A DNA stretch of 64,000 nt. Source: Phoronis australis. Taxonomy: Eukaryota > Animalia > Phoronida. Each line of letters begins with the position of its first letter. Within the stretch, counting starts at the first letter, position 1. The notes beneath the pieces were generated by a model. That model was not told the DNA's origin and searched no databases. It saw only the letters and a program-made list of their open reading frames with translations. The DNA lies in the NCBI GenBank assembly GCA_002633005.1, contig NMRA01000184.1, forward strand, positions 375,255-439,254, given 5' to 3'. Of the stretch, positions 1 to 12,300 are shown piece after piece. The translations under genes were made by a program, and so were the position numbers.

Positions 1-151
1 AACTGTCTTTCCCCTTGCTTTTTGTGACAGCTAATACAAAAGTCTTTTCTCACAACAAACCAGCTTTTATCCAACTTTCCTAGACTTTCAATATATTCAA
101 ACTACTTGCAGTGATACTCGAGAGATAGAATCACAGTTTAGGTGAGCCTAC

Positions 152-399
152 CCTGAGGAAAGCGTCCAGTGAACCATTCTCCATATACTCCGTAACAATC
201 ATGATGGGATTTGTCTTGGTAACCACGCCTTCCAGGTAGATCACATTGTTGTTGTCAAACTGACCCATGATGCTCGCCTCGGTCAAGAAGTCCAGTCGGT
301 TTTTCTCAGACGCACCAGGCTTCAGGGTCTTGATAGCCACGGTCATCTCACCCTTGCCGGGCACACGGAACTTGCCTTTACAGACATCACCGAATTCAC
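152..399 (-). CDS. Eph: Eph exon 11, tyrosine kinase N-lobe
   Basis: GEFGDVCKG...VAIKTLKPG...[12 protein letters not shown]...LEGVVTK...[16 protein letters not shown]; 248 nt, phase 1->0. Confidence 0.98.
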
Positions 400-3300
400 C
401 TGAATTCGGGAAGAAAACGAGATATTAAGGGCATCCATGACAACAAAACAGTTCCTGCCCACCATCTTTTGCAGCTGCAGTGTTAAAATCTCAAATCGAC
501 ACATAGCAGTCACACAGTGACTAATTTGATAAACTTGACTACACCAGAAGAGTATTGTTTTGTACAATCTCTAACTGAGCTGTCTGTTGAGACACAATAC
601 AAAACCCAAGTAACGTGATCTAGCACAATACAACGAGAAACTGTTTTTTGTCCACACAGCAACCTAAAAAGTAAGAACATGGACCATGGTGGTTTTCATA
701 CAGCGTGGCCCACACATGGTAGTAGTACAGGGAGACCCAAAAATATAACCCTCCAAAAGTTTGGTTTAAGTTCTGAATTCTAAAATTTTTGGAAAGAAAA
801 AAATTCAAAGCAAACTGACTTTTATGCATGAAATTTCTGGAAAGGTCATCCATAGACTGATGTATAAGTTTATCAAATTTTACGAGTTCAATTTTTCTGG
901 GTCATCTTTGATTTTAGGTTGTAACTTCAGTATAACCAGAAGACAATTCTCAATTCTTCCAATTCTTCCAATGCCCAAAACGCCATCAATCAAACTAAAT
1001 TCAACATACCTCCGCCAATTACGGATTCGATTGTGATGAGCGAGGAGTCTATTTCCTTGGTAAATTCACGGACTGCTTGCTGTGGGTCTTCGTAGGTGTG
1101 CGGGTCGATGTATGTACGGACAGCACCAGGAGGCGTGAACAGTGGAACAGTGACTGTAACACGGGGGAGACTCATGTCAAGTCACGACACGTGCGCAGCA
1201 ATAATAACAATGTAGTCACCGACCAGTTTGCCAATGTGTAGAATAAGCTCATTAACTACTCCATTAATTATAGTGGATAATGCTCAAGACAAAACCTCAA
1301 GTTCAACAAAGTTAACAAAGATAAGTTTTATTTAATTTTCTTAAGTGATTTGGAATTCATTGCAACTTAAGGAAAAAATCTTGTGATAACGTTAAGCTGT
1401 AAAAATGAAAACGAAAGACCACATAAACTTTTGAACCAATTCAAGTGGTAAAAAAGAACAGTATGAGTTTTCACATGTTAAACAAACGGCAAAAAAATTA
1501 TCTCCAACACCAACACATCTAATCAGCAAGCATGTTAATTTGGGTTCACTCCTTGTTAAGAGCACAAACTGGGAATTGGAAACAAAATCAAAGTGAAACC
1601 ATACTCAGCACATTGACAAACTGAATACAGCAATGAAAGGATGGGGGGGCGGCTAGTTAAGAGTCATTTTAACTAAGGACAATGGATAACAAATGACAGC
1701 AATATCCTCTATAAGGTGACAGTCTTTACAAGGTCTAGTTCTAAACAGTGTAGACACAGACTTGACTGGCCATGACACGTGTGACAATGAACAAAGGTCG
1801 AAGCAACAAGGAAAACAACAACAAGACAAGACACAGAGTCACAATACACTTCAAACAATCCATATGCTTAATTACAACATCGAACAAATACAAAAGAGTA
1901 TTTTTAAGGAAAGTAGTTAGGTCACGAGACGCACCGAGCTGGCAATAGCGGGTAAAAACACTGCCAGGGAACATATGCGCCAGTATATACGTAAAAAAAT
2001 GCGTGTGAGTGTGTGTATATACTTACATCCGCCGTTGACGTCGACAGGAGGTGGGGGCAAGTGCACCGGAACTGTTAGTGGCGGAGAAAGAATAAAGAAC
2101 ACATTAAAAAGCCACCAACAAATGACCATCTGACAAGCTGGCCGCGCTAGCCCCAATTAGGATTGGACGACTGGGTTAAGTAGCGACACCGCTGAATGAC
2201 AGGCAACAACCCTAGGCATGATTTGATGAGAAAAATGGAAATTTAGCCTTATTTGAATATTTTTGACAGATGATGTGGAACTGGCTACGTTTTCCTACCG
2301 AGGGATTCGAATACGTAGTGATGGGGTATTGGAGAAAACGTACATTAAGTTGGTTTGCATTAAAAATCATGCTCAAGAGCATATGCAAGAGATAATTTTA
2401 TCCCCATGCATACATAATTAGGTTAAAACCACAAAGTTCAAGCAGAAGTACCTCAAACATTGTAGTGCAAGTCAACTGCAGAGACAATCGAGTGTAACTG
2501 GGTAAAATTCCAAACAAAAACTCATAATATTAAAAAGATCTCAAAAGTACTCCAGACTCTATAAGGTGGCACTGCACTAAACTTAAGGCCGTTTTCCAAA
2601 AAAAACTGGGGCTGATTTGAAATTTGGAAGAAGTTGGGATGAAAGAAAAACGTTTTCTATTATTGGTTTGCATATTTTCAATTTTTACAAAATGGTCCCA
2701 GCAAGTCACTGGCCAATATTAAAATCGTCAGTGACATCATAAATTTGTGAAGTTAACTTCTTTTTCATAGACTCGAAAGGGGTAAGCAATTGCAAAAACT
2801 CTTTTGTCACAGCTGCCCCACAAAAAAACAATATTATTATTTTAGCATCAACGATACAAAAGGCTGCCAGCAGTCATTCAGCGCGTCCTCATATCTTCAC
2901 CCAAGCAGTTGTTGTGGTAGAACAACAGGAGGCAAGCTTTGCAAGCAATGGTTTTAAGCCGCGTTGATGACCGTCCATACAATGATGGAATGGTGGTAGG
3001 TTTCCATGTCCCATCAAAGGTCAGCGAAGGGGACAGTTAGATGATAAAGGTTGGGAATCAGACCAAATCCTAATCAGGGCCAGGTGACAATGCAACGAAG
3101 TAGCGAAAAGTCCCGGAAACTCACAAACTAAATAATAAACACCATTACTCATATATAGTCCAACTGCAAACCACCACACTTAACTAACACGTGTCACGTC
3201 TTGGCATTTCAATTCAAATATGTACATAGAAACAAAGCACCTTGTGCAATCATGGGCAAAAGCCAAGCATTAACTCAAATTAAGTTCAAACCCTGATCCA

Positions 3301-6300
3301 TAGGTGGCACCCACATGCCAGTAGCAGGCAAGTCATACAATTTACAAGACATGCGTTTACACAAGTTAAGAACTAGACCTATGAAAATGGTTAAACATCC
3401 AAGTTCTAAGCACTCTGATGGCAGTATTGTTCAAGAATACAAAATTGGACAAACAAACCATGCCTAGTAGCGGGAATCAAGTTTCCAACTTCCCTGAAAT
3501 TTCTTTCTGCTTAAAGATTGACGCAGCAACGGCCAATTTTTCACACCAAAAAAATCCATGCAGGCTACTGGTTTGTTCCCCCACTACGTCGGCTCAACAA
3601 AGTTGCACCGGCATGCAAGCAGTCAGTAACGGTTAGAGTATGTTCCACAACACTAAGTTACAACACCATCCCATGCATATGGTAGTGACTAGGATTGGTA
3701 CGGTCGTTCACAGTCGCCACAGACAGCCTCGAGGTTAAAGCAGCCAATAATAGCCAATGAAAAGTGGAGTCTAATTAAGGTTGACAGAAATATGCGTATA
3801 GGTGTGTGATTATTCTTAACGGATTGGCTAATTATTATACAAGATATTAATAACACATAGAAGTAAACACGGTAAATAATAAATGAATATTTCTAAAGAA
3901 TGATTGAAAATCTAAAGGCCAGACAGTGCAATTGTTAGAACAGTGAAGAAAGAACAGAGAAAGCACTAATCAAATTAAATAGGATTCTTTTTCGCTCTTT
4001 ACCTATCATCAAAGCCAGGGTGAGTATTTTTAGATTCAAAGAATTAACATGATTCCAAGTAAGACGAAGTGGAAGGCGGGATTCTCTTGTACTAATTCTA
4101 AAGCAGGGTACAGGAAACTTCCATCAAACAGAAATAGAATGCTCAAGCAGCTTCAAATGGAGTGCTAAGATTCCAATCTGAAATTTCAAGCAGGGTTTCC
4201 TGTTATTAATGGACTGAGGGCAAATGACAGTGTAGATGGCGAGTAGAGGTGCACAGAGAAGGCTGAGCAAATGTTGAGGCGAAGCTGTCAGTGGCGAGCT
4301 GGCTAACGGGAAGGGAGCATCTCAAGGCTCATGGTTAGAGATAAATAGACTTGTAAGAGGAAACATACCCTCCCCATTACTGTAGTGCAGAGCATCACAC
4401 TCACTTGGATTCTTGTCATCACAGGCACGCGAGTTCCTGTAACACAGCAAGCACGGTTAGTCTACCACGGAAAAAGTTCAAGGTAGCATAAAAAATCACT
4501 CGTAACCCTACCATAGTGCTGGGCCCAAGTAGAATTCATCTTTGTACTGGCAAATGTGGACATAAAATTTACAGGTCAAGTTCAGAAGACAGAAATGCAA
4601 TCCGATGATGAGTCATTGGCAGTCACTTCAACTCAAGGCAGAGATAGTTGTTATTAGGGTGAAACACTATTTTGACACATCACTGCAGGACAATGGACCA
4701 CTAATTTCAAGAACTTCACTAGTGCAAACCTGCTGGCAGAGACACCTTATGACCAGTTTGAAAAACACAGACCAAGATGGCAAGATGTCATTCACAGGTC
4801 ACGGTCAACTTTTATTTTATCTTATTTACTGTTAAGCACAATTTTCTAACAAGAGGAAGTTCTATGAAAAATCTCATGATCCAGTGCACGTATTAACACT
4901 CATTCTCCAAAACAGAAAAAATGGCTAAATACAGCTAAAAATTGTTTACGTTTTACTCTACAATAGAAACTGTTTATCAACACCAATGAATTAGACTCGA
5001 TAAAGACTGGCATTGACCTTGCTTTAACTCAACCATGAACTTTGACATGAATTGACAGCATACACCCACCTCCTCAAGAAGATGACGACCATAATGACGA
5101 CGATGGCCAGACAGACGATGACAGCGATGATGGCACCTGTGATGATACCAACGGGGTTGTCACCATTCTGGGGGTTGATTGCGGTCGCCGTGTTGGAGGG
5201 GCTTGTTGAGACGGTGAGAGGAGCAGTGAATTCACTCCAACCCTCGTGGGTGTGGGCACGTACCTGTCACAGGTAAAAATGGGTGACGAATAAAACTAGG
5301 TTGGAAGACTTCAATGTAATTAACAATGCTAAGAAACATTCTGAATTAACACGAGTCTCTTAAAGGATCACTATTCAGGTCCTGAAATTAAAAACAAGGA
5401 TTTTATCAGTCAAAATGACCAAACTGTAAGTATACCGGTAAACTTAATACAAGACTTACTAGAGTAAGTAGGCTATTGGTACAAACAAAAGAACAGAAAC
5501 GTTGAGTTTAACATCACCACCAGAGTATTCAGTTTGTGTTGTCTACTGTTGCTGTACCTGACTTAATTGGATTGGTTCAATGAATGAATATTTTGCCCAT
5601 ATTTAGTGACCAAGGCAGTGCACAGAAAGCAACACATAAAAAAGAATATATAAGCACACTTTTCTGAAAACTTTCAATCAAAAATACAAAAAAGTATGTA
5701 TGCCACTAGGACTCCCAATTAGCGATGCCGGAACTCCTCAGAAAAAGTGAACTTCTCCCTTCCTGATGATTTACCGAGAAGATACTTGTCTTGTGAAAGC
5801 ATTATAACGTTTTAAGCAGCAATTACGAAGAAATATTTTTCTTTACAAAATAAGGCCAAATACTTTAATTTGTTTCAAACTCACAGACATGACCCCACAA
5901 GGTTTACTTTTTTAAACAATACTTAAAATTTTCAGTTAATAAAATAAAGATACTTCTGAAGTAATTGATGAAAACAACAATTGAGCTGCAATTAAACTAA
6001 CAGAGAGAATAAGTTGGTTAATTCCACTACAACCATGGAAAAAGACCAGAGTATCATATTGAAAAAATAACTGGATTTTCGTTATCAAATTTAATACGAT
6101 AATCTAACTCTAGTTTTGTAAACTAAGATTTGTGGAGTGTTTTATATAAAGTGTTGAATACCAAATAGTGCGAGTGAATTTTAAATTTTAGTCTCTCACC
6201 ATCTCTCACACAGGATTTCCACCAACACTCAATTAACCTCACAACCTGATAACCTATTGGTTTACTAACAAGTTGCATAACACCATCAGAAATCCTATGC

Positions 6301-9300
6301 AGCCAGCATATACAAGCTCTGTCATTAGTCCACTTACCATGAAAGAGTACTTGGTATCTGGCCGCAGTTGGTGAATGGTTACTGTGTTCTCCTTCACCAA
6401 AACCTGTGTTTGGTTTTTAGGACGCCCATCAGTATAGTACCGCACATCATACTCTTTCGTGATCTTATTGGTAGGCTCATTCCAGCCCAAAGTCACTAAC
6501 TCACTGCTCTTGTCAATGAGACGAAAATTTTCCACTTTTGCTGGAACTAGAGGGAAAATAGCCTATTAAGGAATTTTGTTGACCAAAGCTCTTTAAGTAG
6601 TTTTCACCTACTTAGACTTGTTAAACTTGTTCCCATGTGAATGAGTGAGGTTATTAACTGGGTAAGAGATGAAGAACAAACACATCAACTTCACAGTCAC
6701 TCACTGTACTTCACAGAACAGTGGTAGTTTCACAAACTGCCAATAGATGCTGCTAGATGACACAGTTTGAACACTTGTTCTCACCTGACTCTCAACAGGT
6801 TTATTCACTATGTTATAGCCGCAAAGATCAAGAAAGTACTAGCTGTGCCAGAGAATGGGAATAAGGCAATGCAGTGTTATACTCAATAGGAAATACATGA
6901 CAGCATCAAGGCATACACTTTGTAAACACTTGGTAATCAACACAAAATTGGTACTAAACCATCCTTCAGTAATCTTTCGTATAAAGTAAAATCTCACCAA
7001 CTTGGAGAAAAATATAGTGTTTTATTTTTTCCAAAAACAATTCATAGCGTCAACTGAATGGTTTTTCTTGTTCAAGTTGGGCACCATAGCATATTCTGAA
7101 AAAATTCCAGTCCTTCATAACACTGTCAGAACCCCTTGAAAAATTGTGAAGTGGCATTTTGTACAATAATTATTATGTTTGTCCGAAATTGGCAAGATTT
7201 CACTGTAGAAAAGAATGCTACGCCTACAACCTCCAGATAACCGGACACCAAGACAAGTGTTGGGAACAAGACCAAATGAAATCATTTACACAAGGCGTGT
7301 GCTCGTGTGCTCGACTGTGACACTGCACCATCCTAATAGCATATCACTAGACGCTGGGAGGGAGAGATCAGGGGAGATGACCCATGGAATTGTGCCCTTT
7401 TCCTGCACAGCTGTTGGGGTCGGCCAATGTGTGACGTTTTCCAACACTAGAAACTGGCTTCAATTATGAGGAATGTCGCTTTCTCACCAGTCGCAAATTC
7501 CACCAGTGTTTTTTTAATTAGCTCGAGTCAGCATAAAAATAGGTTGGGAGAAACAAAGCTGGTTTATTTTCCGGTTGTTAGGCCAATGCACTCACAATTT
7601 TTCACATGAGCTGAAATGGCGCTCGAAGCAGGAAAAAAATAAACCCCTCAGCGACGAGCACAGAGAGGAGTAAAGTACATCTTCAGTCAGTTGAAAAGAA
7701 AATATTGTTTCACTCGAGGCATGTGAAATTAAAGATAGTATGAAACACGGTGTGGTGCTACGAACATCAAATTTTTCCGCAGGGCTGGTGTATTTGCTCT
7801 TCAAAACCAATGTCACTGGGTTCTCTTCTTTTACATGGATTCAAATAGGTTACAATAAATCACATGGAATATCCCATACTGCCATAGCATCTCAAACTAA
7901 CCCACTGCCACAATCGAATTTAAGAGCCTGGACTGACACAATGACAACCTGTTAGTTCTTTATCATTCCTAATCTAAGTAAGGAACAAGATAAAATGGAC
8001 TTTGCGACAAAAAGTGACCTAAATTAAAAATTATTCTTTCACATAAGGCACTGGTTTATAGCCCTTTAAGAGGAAGACGGGTGTCCTTGTAGAGTGGATC
8101 AGACCAAGTGTAGTTATATGAAATTACAATTCTCAAACAGATGGGACACCATTCCAGAAAACATGTCTGAGAAAGGTCCCAGTAGCACATTGTCTGACAA
8201 TGACTAGACTTCACATGTCAATGAGCAAAAGCTGAAGACTAACTACAATTTCAGCAACTGCATATCAGCTGAAACATTACACAAACGCCAAAACTTGGCC
8301 ACACATTGGTGACAACAGGCGGTTACTTTTTTAATACACGTGGAAAGCTCAACATTAAAACTGCTTTTGCCTGCAAATCATTTGAAATGTTGCATTTAGT
8401 TGACACTTTCATATTATTTTCAATGAAAAGGAATATTAAATGCAACAATCGTACATAAACACAAGTCTTACTAGCATGAACGGTGGTCACAGATTTCTCC
8501 TGAAAGTTTGGTCTCACAGAGCTGATTGACGTGACACCATTCTCAGCATACACCTGTACGACATAGGTTCGACCAGACATCAGACCAGAGATTTGGGCTC
8601 TGAAACACATGGTAACAGGTTTTATAGAAAATAACTACAAAATGAAAATATCTACTCTACTACGCATACTACCCGGGTTATCGCCAACATTCAGCCAAAC
8701 AACCTCTCCAGAATATTCAACAATTTCATGTTTGAACCCTCGAGCTGTTTTCAGCTTAACACTTACCCTAAAATACTTGGGATAGTCAACCTCTATAAAC
8801 ACCCTGGGTATTAAACCAAACACATTTTGAGTACCACAATTCTTCACTTAATAAGCACATAACACAGACGACAAGTGAAATTTTAGAAAAATTACTATTT
8901 TAGCCATTAGTATAATATTTCACATCAAAACAGAGCATGAACAACACATGAATTAGCATTTTTAACTTAATTATTAGAATAGCGACAGAAAATGTTATCT
9001 TTTGACGGCATCATTTCAATTGGCATTCTGTGTTGACATATCTTTCATAAGATGATCTGTTGCTGGTTGTTGAGTAGATGTTTAGGCAGGGAGTCGTCCA
9101 AGAGATTTAGTATGACGCGGCAACTATTCATTACCAAATCCCCCAATGGGATTTTAACCCCAGTCTCGGTGGTCGTCGCGACAGCAAAGCAATCGCACAC
9201 ATTTTCATTACAATTCTTTCACAATAAAAATACGGCAGGCTGGGAAACATAGGCATTTGATGAAACATTAAATCTAACTGGGTTTTACAAGGATTACAAG

Positions 9301-12300
9301 CACAGAAAACCCTCTCCATTGGGCCATAGGGGATCATGGCGCATTAACGGAACAAGAGAAACAACCTTTTTGACTTAGTTTAAAATCAAATCTTGAAGAA
9401 AAGGAATAATGCTCAATGCCATAAAGGTTTTGCGAGTAGGATCGTCAAGCATTAGGTAACAACTACAAAACAATCTTTTACTTTTAGAAGAAGAGATCGC
9501 TGGCAACAACCACCAGGTAACTTTGGCATGTGACTGCACTGTTTAATGTAAACATGACATTAATTTGAATTTCTCAGACACAATAGTATCCCTTCTATGC
9601 AGATAACACACATTGAAAGATCAACTGGTATTACAAGGAGGTGGTAACTGACATGTGTGTGTTATCTCATCATATCAAAATGTTGTGTCACATGACAGAA
9701 GGCATTAGTTCCTATCTATACTACATTATGACCAATAGACACTGAGAAGGCACAAGTTCCAAAAATGCATTTGGCTGGCATCAAAACCTAAGCAAATGAA
9801 AATATACAGGATGGATAAAACCATGAAAACACGGTTGAATGAGGTATAGGGGATTCACCCATTTACACTTAATCATAAAAATGGATTGCTGATAAAATTG
9901 ACACTTCGGTGTCAATTGGTCAAACTCATTTTTCAAGTCTTGTCAGTCTTTTGTTATTGATCGCATTACAACAGTGTATAAGGTCAGGTACACACACAGG
10001 TGAGATAAGACTTAACCAATCAAGCTTACGTCTTCATTACTATAGTTTATCAGTACAGTGCAGATAATTTGGATAATTTGGATAATTCTATGTTTGGGAT
10101 GAGCAGATAACAACGGCTAAGTACAGATTAATGAGCTTTGTTATCTGTGTCCACGTTCATTTGCAATCTAACCGGGAATCAATTGCTGAGTTACCCGAGT
10201 GTGGCAAGAGTATGAGACGGCGGGGAGTCCTCCCATGACAAGAATTCCAGAAACTGCACAAATAACCTAGGTTCACTAGTAATAAGCAATCGCAACATCA
10301 AGTTTGTGAAATTCTACGGTTGAACCATTCAGATATGCTGTCTGGCTTGCTGTAAATATGATAATAGTTCTAAGAATTTCGTCAGAACTTCAAATGCCAG
10401 CAACAAACACCGATTTGAAAACCAAGTTTTGTCGAACCTAGCGCTTTTTGTTATCTGAACTGTTTTCTTAAATTAAAGCTCATGAGATATAGCTTATCAT
10501 CACGTTATCTCCGAGGGTGAGCTCTGGATTTTATTTCCAAACTCCGTGGTACTTATTAAACAGACAAGTCTGACTGAAAGTGTACCCAATGTTTTATAAA
10601 CACAAGCACGGGTTTTTTAGAGAAGGCCAACAACCGGTTGGTGTTATTTGAAACAACAAGATATCAACAAGATTGTTGATACTACCAATTAGACAGGGTG
10701 AATAGGAACTTTTGAGGATAGTGGCAAATTACAGATAAAGTAGCGTAAACACACTGGGTGTGGCTGGCTGGATACTGCATTGATCATAGCCAGATGAACT
10801 GAACTGGTTTTAGAATTCACTCAACTACAAGTGAATTTTGAACTGGGCACAGATTACATTTTTTTAAATTAAAAGCTAAGAAAGAGAGAACATTGATTAA
10901 CTTGTATAAAATGTGTAAGCTACGATAATGATAAAATAAACAACATTGCCATGACATATCCAAGACCGACACGCTCCAATTGTACAGTACACAGAAGACA
11001 CCAACTGTAGACTCTGCAAACATTCTGCACAAATCAACACCACTTAAATGAAAAAATCAAGACATTTCAAGTAGCTCCCAGAACATTCACTTTGTATCCA
11101 AAACACAAGCGTTTATTGCCTTACTGATACCGAGACAGATTATCTCCACAAGCGAAATTTTCAGACAAAAACAGGTCATTATGCTGTTATATCGTGTCAA
11201 AAGCAATACCAACAGACTAATTCTGCTTTCCACAACTGTTCTTTCATTTTTTTCTTCCTTTTTTCGTGAACCTCTGCCAAACCACAAAATGTCGTTGATT
11301 CCCAGAACATGTCGTTAGGCAGTTCTAGGTAAGGCGACTTGTGGATGAGTACCACCCCCTCCCCCCAAGGAAAAATATGTTTGACTACTTTATGGTGGTA
11401 CAAAAATAGCAAACGTTGCTTCTCCAACTCTGCATCATTACATAACAACTGCCGGTAGTCACCCCCCACAAACAAAGCTTCATAAAAACATGTCTATACC
11501 ATTCACACTACCATACAGGCAGATTATCAATGACATGGGGGAGTGTGGCATCATGCAAATCACAATGTAACCTCTCGCAGTGTTTTAAATGCTTTTCAAA
11601 TAATGGCTGTGTTATTCTAGTTGCCAGTGGCTGATAAGATGGCTCACTCCAGGCAGACCAGGAGTCCACTTCAGGAGAGCTGTTATCAGTCTGGTAGACA
11701 GTCTTCCCCATTTAACATGTTGTACAGCACTCAAGTGTTAAGATGGGCAAACAGTTGAAATATTTAAACGGTCTTCTATGCTTTTAATAGCAATGTCAAG
11801 TAAGCACTCCTTGAGAAAGTTAGCGAGCGAGATTCAGCACCCAGCTTTTGAAATTGTGACGCACTGATTTCACCCAATAATATTTTTGAGTTTGGACACA
11901 TCTTGAAAAGAAGCTCCATACCATAGGGAATGCTTTTATTTGCACGAAATATGCACCGTAGCTTGCAATTTTATGTCCAATTAATCACACTTTCCAATAT
12001 ATGAACACGGACAAAATAGTCATATACAAGGACTCACCTTAGCTCTAATAAACTGTTCTGGCGTGGTTTATACTGTACAGTGTTTCCACAGTCTACGCAT
12101 TCAACCCTATAGCTGAGGTCGTCACGACCGCCAGTTGACGTCGGCGGCTCCCAAGACACCTTGACAGTAGACTGGTCCACAGCAACCACCGTGAGGTTCC
12201 TCGGGGCTGAGGGAGGCTCTGTAACGATATCAAAGATTTGGAAATGTGAACCAGAAGACCCAACTGACTGCATCATCACTTTGTAATAATATTGTCGAGC

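Noticed and set aside
5052-5276. ORF-track peptides 5052..5276(+) and 5074..5259(-)
   Set aside because: Antisense and off-frame shadows of Eph exon 8.
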